From assembly GCA_965261185.1 (NCBI GenBank), contig CBDHCN010000002.1:2528813-2592812 (forward strand): 64,000 bases of DNA, read 5' to 3'. Origin of the DNA: Candidatus Aldehydirespiratoraceae bacterium (GTDB taxonomy: Bacteria > Actinomycetota > Acidimicrobiia > Acidimicrobiales > Aldehydirespiratoraceae). A program made the position numbers and the translations under genes. The notes beneath the pieces are model-generated. The model worked only from the letters and a program-made list of their open reading frames with translations. It searched no databases and was not told the origin of the DNA. Of the stretch, positions 10,476-20,842 are shown piece by piece; positions within the stretch are counted from its first letter, which is position 1, and every line of letters starts with the position of its first letter.

Positions 10476-13008
10476 GTCCGATGCCCGATTGCTGTACTCG
10501 GGAGCGGAACGCGGCGTTGATCCGTTGACGCTCCAGATGCTGGGCAACTTGTTTAGCTCCCTGCGGCACAGGGTGGGCGGTGAGGAAGCCGGCTACCGCC
10601 GCGACATGTTCGCTGGTATCGAGCATCACGATCCCTTCGAGCATTCGCGCCACTGAATTGCTCGGGAAGCGTTCTGTGAGCAGGTCCCATTGCGAGGCCA
10701 CGAAGGCCCAGACGTGGCCACCAACTTCTTGGTTGGTCAGAGCTCGGCGGATCAAGTAGGGCCCATCTTGAGTTCTCACCTCGCCAGAGACGATGGCTTC
10801 GAGCAGTTCATCTATCAGCGTGGTGTCTCGAAAGTCTGCGAGCGCCCGCAGATTCCGCTGTTCGGTTTGAGGGTCTGTTGCCTGTCTCGAAGCAGAGCGA
10901 ATCTCGTTGAACTCGGACCGTCCGCCGTGGTGCGCGACCACAGTCAGTGCCGCAGTGGCCAAAGTGGCATCGCGGTGGTGACGCAGCTGCGGCGAGGCGG
11001 CGATGATCTCGGGGTCATCGGCGACCGTTCCGAGCAGCACAACGAGGGTGGCACGTAGTTCGCGCACCCGGTCGGTGTCGCTGTCGTTTGATTGGACACC
11101 GATTCGTTCCAAGGCACGGTTTGCGAGCGTGCCAACGTCTCGGCTGTAGAGCGAGGCGCTCTTGGGTTCGTCGTCGATCAGTCGTTTCAGGTGTCCGAGC
11201 GATCCGGCAAGTGCTTGCCAGACGGTGAGGTCGGTTTCGTCGACAAATCCCAGGGCTGTCGCAACGAAGGATGGGGCGCTGATTTCTCCTGCAACGGTGA
11301 GTGCCCAGGCGTCGTCGACTACCGCGTGGCGTTCGCTTGGCGTGAGGTCGCCCGTGACCGCTGCCGCGATTGCTCCTTGGGTGGGACGAACTCGAAAGAA
11401 GCCAGATGAGTCGGCATTGACGGTCAGAATGTCTTCGACACAGTGACCGGTCAGGGTGGCAACCGGCCCGTCAAGCAGGAATCTTTCGCTCCCGTCTTCG
11501 CGAGCGCCGCGGTGTTGGCGAATGCTCAGGGGCACTGCCCAGGTTCGGTCATCTGATCCAGATGCATCAAATGCGCTAGCCGGGTCAAGAACAAAGGGAC
11601 GCTGCGACACCGCGACGCCGTGTGCCGTTTCGGTCAACTCGACGAGCGGGTATCCGCCTTGGTAGATCCAGCCGTCCATGATCCGCCGCACAGGTTCACC
11701 GCTTGTGGTTTCCATGCAGTCCCAGAGGTCGCTGGTTTCAGTATTGGCGTATGCATGCGTTGACAGATAGTGGCGGACACCGTCGCGGAATCGTTCAACG
11801 CCGAGATATTGCTCCAGCATTCGAACCACCGAGGCACCCTTCTCGTAAGTGAGAATGTCGAACATTCCCTCAGCTTCGGAGGGTGTTCGCACGGGAAACT
11901 CGATGGGGCGGGTGGACTCGAGCGCGTCGGTGGCGAATGCGGCTGAACGTCCCCGACAAAATGTGGTCCACACCTGCCAATCAGGCCGGTAGGCGTCGCT
12001 GCAGGCAGCTTCCATGAAGGTGGCGAACGCTTCGTTCAACCAGATGCCCTCCCACCATTTCATGGTCACGAGATCGCCGAACCACATGTGGGCGAGTTCG
12101 TGATTGATCACAGCGGCTGCGGTTTGCAGTTCGGGCTGAGTGGCGTTGTCTGGGTCGATCAACAGCAACACCTCGCGGAAGGTCACGCAGCCAAGGTTCT
12201 CCATGGCTCCGAAAGCAAAGTCGGGGATGGCCACGAGGTCGACTTTGTCCGATGGGTACGGGATTGCGTAGTAGTCCGAAAACCAACGCAACCCATGAGC
12301 CGCTACGTCGAGTGCGTAGGCGGTGAGGTGGCCGCGTCCAGGCCGATGCACGACACGAATCTCCACGCCGTCGACATCGATGGGATCGCTGAACTCCAAG
12401 GGACCCACGACGAAGGCGACGAGATACGTCGACATGGGCATCGTCTCCGCGAAGGTGACTCGGCGCCTGTTGGGAGCCGACAACGATTCGCGAACCACCC
12501 CGGTGTTGGAGACCGCCAGATGCGCTGCATCAACCACCAGGGTTGTGGCGAAGGTGGCTTTGTATGCGGGTTCGTCCCAACACGGGAAGGCTCTGCGAGC
12601 GTCGGTCGATTGAAACTGCGTGGTGGCGATGGTGTGCGGAGTTCCACCTTCGTCTTGGTAGGTGGAACGGTAGAAACCTCGGAGGCGATCATTGAGGATC
12701 CCCGAGAAGGTCAACTCAATATGGGCCGGACCTGCGGCGATGTCGGTCGTGAGAGCGAGGTGTAACCGCTCGGTGTTGTCATCGAGGTGATAGTCGGGGG
12801 TGATTCGGCTGCCGTCGCTGAGTTGGACCTGCGCCGATTTGATTTCCAGTTCGGCGGCGTTGCAGATGATCTCGTCGGTTGCCTCAAGGATCTCCACATC
12901 GATTACGACAGAGCCGAAGAACGTGGCAGCGGTCAGGTCGGGCTCAAGTTCGAGTTGGTAACGGTTGGGTACGACATGGGTCGGGAGTCGGGGATCGCGC
13001 TGGGTCAT
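10459..13008 (-). CDS. pepN: Aminopeptidase N (M1 family metallopeptidase)
   Basis: Contains GAMEN (FAFGAMENLGCVTF) and HEXXH-18-E (HELAHMWFGDLVTMKWWEGIWLNEAF). Start set at ATG 13008 (MTQRDPRLPTHVVPNRY); the 955-aa track ORF over-extends upstream. Confidence 0.9.
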   Translation of the reverse strand: MTQRDPRLPTHVVPNRYQLELEPDLTAATFFGSVVIDVEILEATDEIICNAAELEIKSAQVQLSDGSRITPDYHLDDNTERLHLALTTDIAAGPAHIELTFSGILNDRLRGFYRSTYQDEGGTPHTIATTQFQSTDARRAFPCWDEPAYKATFATTLVVDAAHLAVSNTGVVRESLSAPNRRRVTFAETMPMSTYLVAFVVGPLEFSDPIDVDGVEIRVVHRPGRGHLTAYALDVAAHGLRWFSDYYAIPYPSDKVDLVAIPDFAFGAMENLGCVTFREVLLLIDPDNATQPELQTAAAVINHELAHMWFGDLVTMKWWEGIWLNEAFATFMEAACSDAYRPDWQVWTTFCRGRSAAFATDALESTRPIEFPVRTPSEAEGMFDILTYEKGASVVRMLEQYLGVERFRDGVRHYLSTHAYANTETSDLWDCMETTSGEPVRRIMDGWIYQGGYPLVELTETAHGVAVSQRPFVLDPASAFDASGSDDRTWAVPLSIRQHRGAREDGSERFLLDGPVATLTGHCVEDILTVNADSSGFFRVRPTQGAIAAAVTGDLTPSERHAVVDDAWALTVAGEISAPSFVATALGFVDETDLTVWQALAGSLGHLKRLIDDEPKSASLYSRDVGTLANRALERIGVQSNDSDTDRVRELRATLVVLLGTVADDPEIIAASPQLRHHRDATLATAALTVVAHHGGRSEFNEIRSASRQATDPQTEQRNLRALADFRDTTLIDELLEAIVSGEVRTQDGPYLIRRALTNQEVGGHVWAFVASQWDLLTERFPSNSVARMLEGIVMLDTSEHVAAVAGFLTAHPVPQGAKQVAQHLERQRINAAFRSRVQQSGIGLKAQR

Positions 13009-13069
13009 GAGGTCCTTTGTATCGGCTAAACTCGGAGGTCTTGCCAACTCGCACCAGCCTGTACGACCA

Positions 13070-14050
13070 GTGACCGTGGAGCCGAGCCTCGATGTTGTCG
13101 GTGTTGGCAATGCCATCGTCGACGTGATTGCCATGGTCGACGACAGTTTCATTGAAACGCACGGCCTGGCCAAGGGGGCGATGACCCTGATCGACGCAGA
13201 GCGGGCAACGTCGTTGTATGCGGTGATGCCCCCAGCCCTTGAGATTTCGGGGGGTTCGGCAGCCAACACCGTGGCTGGTGTGGCGAGTTTCGGTGGCTCA
13301 GCCGCGCACATAGGCAAAGTGCGCAACGATCAACTCGGCGAGGTATTTGCCCATGATCTGCGCGCTGCGGGGGTTGCATTTGATGTGCCGCTTGCGGCTG
13401 CAGGGCCGCCGACGGGTCGCAGCCTCATTCAGGTGACGCCAGACGCTGAGCGCACCATGAACACGTTCTTGGGGATGAGCACCCTGCTCGAGCCGGCAGA
13501 CATCGACGCTGAGTTGGTTGCTTCTGCCGCGATCACCTATTGCGAGGGATATTTGTGGGATGTCGATGTGGCTAAAGCCGCGATTCGCCACACCATGAAT
13601 GTGGCCTCAGGGGCGGGCCGACTTGTTTCGCTGACGCTCTCCGATTCGTTCTGCGTAGATCGGCATCGCCACGAGTGGCTCGATCTCATCAGCGACATGG
13701 TGGACCTGGTTTTTGCCAACGAGACAGAGGTTTGTTCGTTGTTCGAGACTGAAGATTTCGACGCTGCGGCAGCACGGACCGCAGACATCACAGAGGTCGT
13801 GGCGCTGACCCGGGCCGCTGAAGGTTCGGTAGTGATTTCGGGGAACGAGCGCGTGGAAGTTCCTGCTGTGGATGTCTCCCGGATCGTCGACGCTACGGGC
13901 GCAGGCGACTTATATGCATCGGGCTTTTTGTTCGGCATGGCCAAAGGCGCTGATCTGGCGCGTTGTGCAGAACTCGGAGCTGTCGCCGCTGCTGAGATCA
14001 TCTCCCATATCGGCGCGCGTCCCCAGGAATCGCTTGGGTCGCTAACCTGA
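13070..14050 (+). CDS. PfkB-family carbohydrate/nucleoside kinase (adenosine-kinase-like)
   Basis: Contains VGVGNAIVDVIA, GGSAANT and the C-terminal DATGAGDLYASGFLFG motif. The start is uncertain (GTG 13070/13076 or ATG 13007). Confidence 0.8.
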   Translation: MTVEPSLDVVGVGNAIVDVIAMVDDSFIETHGLAKGAMTLIDAERATSLYAVMPPALEISGGSAANTVAGVASFGGSAAHIGKVRNDQLGEVFAHDLRAAGVAFDVPLAAAGPPTGRSLIQVTPDAERTMNTFLGMSTLLEPADIDAELVASAAITYCEGYLWDVDVAKAAIRHTMNVASGAGRLVSLTLSDSFCVDRHRHEWLDLISDMVDLVFANETEVCSLFETEDFDAAAARTADITEVVALTRAAEGSVVISGNERVEVPAVDVSRIVDATGAGDLYASGFLFGMAKGADLARCAELGAVAAAEIISHIGARPQESLGSLT

Positions 14051-14088
14051 CGGTCTACTGAAACCAATACGAGAGATTGTGCGAGGCC

Positions 14089-14934
14089 ATGGGATACACC
14101 TGTTTCGAGATCGACGAATCTGAGGGAGTGGCACACGTCCGCTTGTGTCGCCCGGACGAGTTCAACACCATGACTCCTGAGTTTTGGAGGGAACTTCCCG
14201 AGATCATTGGCGAGTTGTCTGATAGTGGTCGGGCGCGGGTCGTTGTCTTGTCGTCCACCGGGAAACACTTCTGCGCCGGCATGGATCTTGCGGTTTTCAC
14301 AGGTGGGTCCGCTGCTGGCAGCAACGATGCGATCACTGAAGTGGGTCGCCAACGTGCCGCGTTGCGTTACAACATCTTGCATCTCCAAAATGCCTTGACT
14401 GCACTGGAACGGGCTCGGATGCCTGTGTTGGTAGCTGTTCAGGGTGGTTGCGTCGGGGGAGCGGTCGATATGGTCACCGCTGCGGACTGTCGCTATGCGA
14501 GCGCAGACGCTTGGTTCTGTATTCAGGAGATCAACATCGGCATGACCGCTGATGTAGGCACGTTGCAGCGTCTCCCGAAACTCATTCCCGAAGGAGTTGC
14601 GCGGGAACTGGCGTATACCGGTCGCCGCATGGGGGCGCAACGGGCCGCTTCGTTGGGCCTGGTCAACGAGGTGTTCGATGACCATGAAACGCTGCTTTCG
14701 GGGGTTCACGAGATCGCCGCGGAGATCGCTTCGAAGTCCCCTTTGGCTATTCACGGGACCAAGGAAGCAATCAACTACAGCAGGGATCATTCGGTGGAAG
14801 ACTCCCTTTCCTACATTGCCGCTTGGCAGACCGGTATGTTCCAACCCGACGACACGATGGAGTGCTTCCGCGCCAAAACCGAGGGCCGCGACCCGAAGTT
14901 CGACGACTTGGGTCCAGTGCGCAGAGGCTTGTAG
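14089..14934 (+). CDS. Enoyl-CoA hydratase/isomerase (crotonase) family protein
   Basis: Crotonase fold signature VVVLSSTGKHFCAGMDL...VAVQGGCVGGAVDMVTAAD, dienoyl-CoA-isomerase-like. Confidence 0.85.
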   Translation: MGYTCFEIDESEGVAHVRLCRPDEFNTMTPEFWRELPEIIGELSDSGRARVVVLSSTGKHFCAGMDLAVFTGGSAAGSNDAITEVGRQRAALRYNILHLQNALTALERARMPVLVAVQGGCVGGAVDMVTAADCRYASADAWFCIQEINIGMTADVGTLQRLPKLIPEGVARELAYTGRRMGAQRAASLGLVNEVFDDHETLLSGVHEIAAEIASKSPLAIHGTKEAINYSRDHSVEDSLSYIAAWQTGMFQPDDTMECFRAKTEGRDPKFDDLGPVRRGL

Positions 14935-15103
14935 CAAAAGAACGAGCGGAGTACAGCCGATGGCACCTGAGACACACGATCAGCCAGAACACACCATCGT
15001 TGTGCGGTCATCATCTGACCGGCGCAACCGCAAGGTCACTCCCGCTGCGTTCCGACAGCGGGTGCGGAAGTACCCTGGTGCGGATGCCACACGTTCAGTT
15101 CTC

Positions 15104-15203
15104 TGTGGCGGAACGCGCTTCAATTTGTTTCTGGAACGCGCTGTAAATGGTGTTCAGAACGCGCTATTGTTAATCTTCAGAACGCGCTATACATCGCCTC
15201 GGT
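15104..15203 (+). repeat. Four head-to-tail 23-bp repeats with an invariant GAACGCGCT core, preceded by TGTGGCG
   Basis: Cores lie at 15111, 15134, 15157 and 15180, an exact 23-bp period. Spacers are AT-rich. The period is not a multiple of 3, so the core falls in different reading frames. This is therefore a DNA-level repeat, not a protein-level one. Confidence 0.85.
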
Positions 15204-15255
15204 TGTCTGCGTCGGCGGCTGGCCTCAGAACCTCGGCCTCAGCGAGGACGACGCC

Positions 15256-15964
15256 ATGTTGTCGGTCGGTGACTACCTCAGTGAGATCATCCGGGTGGAT
15301 ATCCCCACCGCCAGCGGGGTGCGCCACGACCCGACCATGGTGCGGCGGTTGATGCAGTCCCTTTCGCTCAACGTGGCTACCGAGGCCAAGATGACAAAAC
15401 TGGCCTCTGATATGGACATCGGCCACCCCCCGGGGCGCAACACCGTCGCCGCATACCTCGACGCCCTGCGCCGCATCTACGTCGCCGAGGACCAGCCTGC
15501 TTGGTCGGTGAACCTGCGATCGAAGGCCACTCTCAGAAGGGAGGCCAAGCGGCACTTCGTAGACCCGTCTCTGGCTGCCGCCATGCTGCGGGCCACTCCA
15601 CAGCGGCTGCTGTTTGACCCAACGGCGTTCGGTGCGCTGTTCGAGTCGTTGGCCGTGCGCGACCTCCGCATCTACAGCCAGGCCCAACGGGCGACGACAT
15701 TCCACTACCGCGACAACACCGGTTTGGAGGCCGACGCCATCATCGAGCGAGCCGACGGCCGATGGATCGCCGCTGAGATCAAGCTCAACACCGGCCCCAA
15801 CGCCATCGACAGGGCTGCCAAGGCCCTGCTACGCCTCAAAGACAAGACAACCCCCCAACGAGCGGCCAGCCTGGCCGCTTTGCTAGTGATCACCCCCCAC
15901 CGGCGCCGCCTACCGTCGCCCCGACGGCGTGCAGGTCGCCCCCATCACCGCACTCGGACCCTGA
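15256..15964 (+). pseudogene. AAA+ ATPase with DUF4143-type C-terminal domain; N-terminally truncated and frameshifted
   Basis: Only the C-terminal ~60% is present (DYLSEIIRVDI...VAAYLDALRRIYVAEDQPAW...); no Walker A region lies upstream. After the C6 run at 15893-15898 the frame slips. One fewer C restores ...ITPTGAAYRRPDGVQVAPITALGP, ending at stop 15962-15964. Confidence 0.7.
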
Positions 15965-16081
15965 CCCCAACCCAGCGCAGCAGCAAGGTTGACTTGGCCT
16001 CCCCACGCGGCTTGCCGATGGTGCCGCCGCTTTCGTACGCAAGGGGCTTGTAGCCAGGGTCGGTCGGTTGTGTGGCGTTGT

Positions 16082-16657
16082 TCAGGTGAGATTCAGGTCG
16101 CCTAAGCGGACCAGAGTCGAGGAGACCCAGCCGCCCAGCGCGTTGAAGTGGTCGTCGAGCATGGAGCCATCGGCGAGGCGTGGCTCGTCGAGTTCGTAGG
16201 CACCCTCGTAGGAGATCTCAATTGCGTGCTGCACGTCATCGGTATCTTGCCCGTAGCTTGATTCGACGGTCGGCCCGCTGCGGGTGAGCTTCTCGCCTCC
16301 GATCGAGGGGCTCCTGACCGGCAATATGTCGAGCAATGCGGTTGGGTCCGGGGCCATGCCTAGGCGCTGTATTCGCAGCACGATCTCGATCTCGATGCGT
16401 GGTGGTTCGCCGAGTTCCTCGGTGACGTACCAACTGCGGTAGGCGGTTTGGGACCATGTCGGCCAGCTACAACTCACGTCCGCCTGTACTCGAGGTGGAA
16501 GTCCCTCCCCGGGAAGTCCGTAAGTGGTTTGCCAGTTGAGGTCTCCAAGTAGCACATCAACCCAGAACCGTTCTTCGAAGGCTTTGCGTTCAAGACGAGC
16601 CGTCTCGAAAGCGTCTCGTAACGCTCCGATGGCGTCTGTGAACACATGATCGAGCAT
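16082..16657 (-). CDS. Hypothetical protein (191 aa), no recognisable motif
   Basis: Clean ORF with genome-typical codon bias; no domain recognised by eye. Confidence 0.5.
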   Translation of the reverse strand: MLDHVFTDAIGALRDAFETARLERKAFEERFWVDVLLGDLNWQTTYGLPGEGLPPRVQADVSCSWPTWSQTAYRSWYVTEELGEPPRIEIEIVLRIQRLGMAPDPTALLDILPVRSPSIGGEKLTRSGPTVESSYGQDTDDVQHAIEISYEGAYELDEPRLADGSMLDDHFNALGGWVSSTLVRLGDLNLT

Positions 16658-16713
16658 GTCCGGCGAGGTTAGCCCCTGAAATCTGAAGCGTTTGTGCCCG
16701 GCTTGAACTCGGC

Positions 16714-19680
16714 TTATTCGGCGAGGACTTTGGAGACTTCCAACCAGTAACCGGTGCCGTAGAGGTGAGCGGCGAGTGCTCGCACGTCGGCGCGGGTCGC
16801 CGCGCTGAGCAAGTCTTGGCGGTTGTCGATGGTTAGCCGGTCCTCGTCTGCGAACCTGATGGCATCGAGGTCCACGTTGGCCAAACCGCTGTTGTTGAAG
16901 AAATTCCAGTCGCTGCGGATGACGTTGTGCGCTTGTTCAAACTGATCTGCTGTAACGCCGCTGGCGGCAATGGCCTCCAGTTCTTCCATCAGCACAGAAC
17001 GGATCTCGTCGAGTCGGGTCGGGTCGCCACTGATCGACATGAATGAACGGATCGACGGTTCTGGTTCTCGCCTGAACGAGATTGAAGCGGAACCTCCGTA
17101 GGACGCTCCGAGTTCCTCGCGGATGCGTTCGATGATCCGGTTGTTGATGACTCCTTGCAGCAGGTTGGCGGTTACCCGGTTCTTGGCTGTGAGTTCAGTT
17201 GGTTGAGCATGGAAGACATACATGCCTCCGTCGGCAGTGCCTTCGCTGAGTTCCACACTTGCCGATTGTTGACCGGTCGGGAGTTCATAGCCGAGATCGA
17301 CCCAAGTGTCAGCTTCGCCGGCTTGGAGCGAACCGAGATAACGGGCGGCGAGATCAGCGACCGTGCTGCGGTCGATGTCACCCACGATGGCGACAGTCAA
17401 GTCGTCTACTTTGCCGAGACGAGCTTTGTAAATCTCGAGTGCGGTTTGTTCGGTGAGTGCGTCGAGCTGTTCTTGTGTGGCAGCTTGGTGCTGCGCAGGA
17501 TCACCGTCGTAGACGAGGTCGATAAGAGCGCTTATTGCCCGACGGTCAACGTGGGTTTGGTTTATTGCGAGATTCTGTTCGGCTTCATCAATGGCAGTCC
17601 GGAAGGCAACATCATCAACTCTTGGTTCGGTGATGAAAAGGTGCAGCAACTGGAATAGAACCTCGGCGTCTCGGGTTGCGGATTCACCTGAGAAGCCCTC
17701 TTCTGACTGCTCAATGAAACCGACAAGGCCAACATTTTTTGTTGACAGAAAACGATCAAGCGTCAGTGCGTCGTGAGGGCCGACTCCACCTCGGAACACG
17801 GCGTCTATCGCGACACCGGGGATCGCAGTGTTGGCTCCGGGGTGGTCTTGTGGGAAATTCGACCAGCCACCTGCCGAAGCGGCACGCAGCGAAAATGCGT
17901 TGTCGGCGATGTCTGAGTGCCGGTGGCTGACCGTTACGCCGTTGTCGAAGGTCCAAGTTGTGACTTCGCCGTGGTCGGTGCTTCGTTCGCTTGTGTCGGT
18001 TGGCTCCGCGCGGGAGGGAGCGTCCATCAGTTCGTCGATTTGACTTGCTCCGGCTCCTGATTTTGCTGCGGTGAGGTTGGCCAGCGTGTCGAGCAGTTCG
18101 TCGGTTGTGGGCAGTGTTGACTCGTCGGCACCGACGGCGATCACGATTGGCCCGCTGATACTCAGGAGCCAACTCCAGTGGTTGGCGAGTTCGTGGGCGG
18201 TGAATGATTCGACGGTTGTTCTTTGGCGGGCGATACGTGTTTGGGCTTTGTCGATGTCTGCGCCTTGAAGCCAGTATCTCGACAGTAAGTTGGCGTACTG
18301 GCTGTCTTGGATAGTGTTCAGGCCAGCGAGTTGTTGGTTGAAATTGGCGATCATTGTGTCGCGCATGCGTTCCATGTCGTCTTCGCTGAATCCGTCCTCG
18401 GCGGCTGCAAGCAAGTAGGACATGTAGTCTTCGAGTCCAACCGCCAGGTCAGCGGCTTTGAGGTTGGTCCCGAAGTATCTGAGTTCGCGGTTGATCGCGA
18501 ATTCGCTGATGAAAGGGGTTTCTTCGAGTACGAGTTCACCGAGCTGGTAAGCGTCGTTGAGTCGGTTGTTCAGCATGATGGCGACGGCGCGCTCGGCGAG
18601 CACAAGGCGGGAACCACCAACGGTGCTGGTATCCCAAGCTGGGATCGGAAAGTCAAGCGACAGGTTGTCGAGCGAGTTGTCGGGGTGCGTGACGACATGC
18701 GCCTGAGGTTCGGGTGATATCTCAACTGCAATCGGCTCACGCGCCGGAGGTGTGTCGGTCCGTGCGGTGAGATCGCTGAAGTACTCCGTGACCTTCTCTT
18801 CAAGTTCGTCGAGTGGCAGGTCTCCGACTACTACGACAGCCATGTTGTCGGGCCGGTACCAGTCGTCGTAGAAGGCCCGCAGCGTATCGGGTGTGGTGGT
18901 TTCGACCTTGTCCGCATCTCCAATAATGAGGTGGCCTTCATAAGGTGTGCCAGCCACGTACACCTTGTCGAACTCGTTGGAGATGATGCCGTCAACGGAT
19001 TCCAGTCGCTGGCGCAGCTCGTCGCGCACTACGCCTTGTTCTTCGGTGACCGCGGACGGTTCCAGAGTTGCTGCCGATGCCCATTGGGCGAGCACATCGA
19101 AGGCTGCTTCTGGCGCGCCTTCATCGGCTGTGGCCGCAGAAAGGATGTAGACGGTTTCGTCGAAGCTGGTGTAGGCGTTGACTTCGGGTCCGAATTCGAT
19201 GCCGAGTCGCTGGAGCTGCGCCGTTAGCTCGTTCCCCGGGTACTTCTCGGTGCCGTTGAACAGCATGTGTTCGAGGAAGTGGGCGCTGCCGTCGCTGCCG
19301 TCGACTTGTTGTGCTGAGCCGGCGTCGACGAGCAAGCGGATTTCGAGGGTTGCGCCTGGCGAGTCGTTGGTGCGCAATAGGTAGGTGAGGCCGTTGTCGA
19401 GCGTGCCGATGCGGTAGTCACGGTCGATGGGCAACGGTGTCGGATCGGGATCAGGCGCGGTGACGGGTGGGCGTGTCGTGCTGTCGGAGTCACCCGAGCC
19501 GTCGGCGTCGGCGGAATCATCGGGTGGCGCCAGAGTTGTGGTTGGGGTGGCGGATGCAGCGTTGTTGCGTATCTCGTCGATGGTGCTGTTCTGGGCGCAA
19601 GCGGCAGCGATCAATGCTGAAAGTAGTAACGCCGTACCGGTGAGAATCAGCGGCCGACGACGAGGTCCGGGTTTGAGCAC
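16714..19680 (-). CDS. M16 (pitrilysin/insulinase) family zinc peptidase, double-length, secreted or lipoprotein
   Basis: Inverted zinc motif HXXEH (GSAHFLEHMLFNGTEKYPG). 988 aa, equivalent to two M16 halves. N-terminal signal LLLSALIAAACAQ. Confidence 0.9.
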   Translation of the reverse strand: MLKPGPRRRPLILTGTALLLSALIAAACAQNSTIDEIRNNAASATPTTTLAPPDDSADADGSGDSDSTTRPPVTAPDPDPTPLPIDRDYRIGTLDNGLTYLLRTNDSPGATLEIRLLVDAGSAQQVDGSDGSAHFLEHMLFNGTEKYPGNELTAQLQRLGIEFGPEVNAYTSFDETVYILSAATADEGAPEAAFDVLAQWASAATLEPSAVTEEQGVVRDELRQRLESVDGIISNEFDKVYVAGTPYEGHLIIGDADKVETTTPDTLRAFYDDWYRPDNMAVVVVGDLPLDELEEKVTEYFSDLTARTDTPPAREPIAVEISPEPQAHVVTHPDNSLDNLSLDFPIPAWDTSTVGGSRLVLAERAVAIMLNNRLNDAYQLGELVLEETPFISEFAINRELRYFGTNLKAADLAVGLEDYMSYLLAAAEDGFSEDDMERMRDTMIANFNQQLAGLNTIQDSQYANLLSRYWLQGADIDKAQTRIARQRTTVESFTAHELANHWSWLLSISGPIVIAVGADESTLPTTDELLDTLANLTAAKSGAGASQIDELMDAPSRAEPTDTSERSTDHGEVTTWTFDNGVTVSHRHSDIADNAFSLRAASAGGWSNFPQDHPGANTAIPGVAIDAVFRGGVGPHDALTLDRFLSTKNVGLVGFIEQSEEGFSGESATRDAEVLFQLLHLFITEPRVDDVAFRTAIDEAEQNLAINQTHVDRRAISALIDLVYDGDPAQHQAATQEQLDALTEQTALEIYKARLGKVDDLTVAIVGDIDRSTVADLAARYLGSLQAGEADTWVDLGYELPTGQQSASVELSEGTADGGMYVFHAQPTELTAKNRVTANLLQGVINNRIIERIREELGASYGGSASISFRREPEPSIRSFMSISGDPTRLDEIRSVLMEELEAIAASGVTADQFEQAHNVIRSDWNFFNNSGLANVDLDAIRFADEDRLTIDNRQDLLSAATRADVRALAAHLYGTGYWLEVSKVLAE

Positions 19681-19726
19681 CCAGCGATTCTAGTGACCGG
19701 GGCGTCATCTCAACGCGGCGAGGAGC

Positions 19727-20833
19727 TTAGATAGGTGGCTCTTTGGACCAAGCTTCAAGCGGAGCGTAACGGGGCTTGATCACCTGCTCAATGAGCCGCA
19801 ACCGTTCGCGGAAGGGTAGGAAGCTCGACTTCATCCCGTTGACCGTCAACCAACGAAGCCGATCCCAGCCGTAACCGAAAGCATCGACCAGCGCGGCCAT
19901 CTCCGAACTCATCGACACCCCCGACATCAACCGATTATCGGTATTGAGGGTCACCCGGAATCGCAGGTTGATCAGTTGATCGATCGGGTGCGCGGCGATG
20001 CTGTCGACGACTCCGGTGTTGACATTGGAGGTCGGGCAGATCTCAAGGGGAATCCTTCGATCACGAAGGAAATGGGCAAGACGGCTGAGCTTTGGTTCGC
20101 CGTGTTCGTCATGTTCGATATCTTCGACAATACGGATGCCGTGGCCGAGTCGTTCTGAACCGCAGTACTGCACAGCTTTCCAGATCGATCGGGGGCCGTA
20201 GGCTTCGCCGGCGTGAACGGTGATGTGGAAGTTCTCGCGTTGGCAGTACTGGAAGGCTTTGATGTGGTCGTCGGGCGGGAAACCGTCCTCTGCTCCGGCG
20301 ATATCGAACGCCACCACGCCCTGATCTCGCCAGCGCACCGCCGCTTGGGCCACCGGCAGTGAGTTGTCGGCGTCGCGCATGGCCGAGCAGATGGTACGGA
20401 TGGTGAGGTCCGTGCCATCCGAACCAGCGGCGAAACCGGCGAGCACTGCTTCGATCGCATCATCAAGGCTTAAACCCCGTTGATTGTGAAGTTCGGGAGC
20501 GAACCGTACTTCGGCATAGACGACTCCGTCGGCGCTCAGATCCTCAGCGCATTCCCGTGCGACCCGTTCGATGCTGTCGCTAGTCTGCATGACCGCGATG
20601 GTGTGGGCGAAAGTTTCGAGATAGAGGGTGAGGTCCTTGCGGTTGGCTCCTTGCATCATCCATTCAACGAGGGGTTCGGGCTCGGTTGCGGGCAAGTTGC
20701 GGTAGCCCAGTTCATCGGCGAGTTCGATGATTGTTTGAGGTCTGAGTCCACCGTCGAGATGGTCGTGAAGCAAGACCTTCGGCGCTTGCCTGATGCGGTC
20801 CAGCGTGGGAGCCCCAACATCAAGATTCGTCAT
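19727..20833 (-). CDS. add: Adenosine deaminase
   Basis: Contains KVLLHDHLDGGLRP, HITVHAGE and CPTSN...TLNTDNRLMS motifs. Confidence 0.9.
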   Translation of the reverse strand: MTNLDVGAPTLDRIRQAPKVLLHDHLDGGLRPQTIIELADELGYRNLPATEPEPLVEWMMQGANRKDLTLYLETFAHTIAVMQTSDSIERVARECAEDLSADGVVYAEVRFAPELHNQRGLSLDDAIEAVLAGFAAGSDGTDLTIRTICSAMRDADNSLPVAQAAVRWRDQGVVAFDIAGAEDGFPPDDHIKAFQYCQRENFHITVHAGEAYGPRSIWKAVQYCGSERLGHGIRIVEDIEHDEHGEPKLSRLAHFLRDRRIPLEICPTSNVNTGVVDSIAAHPIDQLINLRFRVTLNTDNRLMSGVSMSSEMAALVDAFGYGWDRLRWLTVNGMKSSFLPFRERLRLIEQVIKPRYAPLEAWSKEPPI

Positions 20834-20842
20834 CGTTGAAGT

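Noticed and set aside
13537-14937. 466-aa ORF on the minus strand
   Set aside because: Antisense to the PfkB kinase and crotonase genes; no motifs; typical GC-driven shadow ORF.
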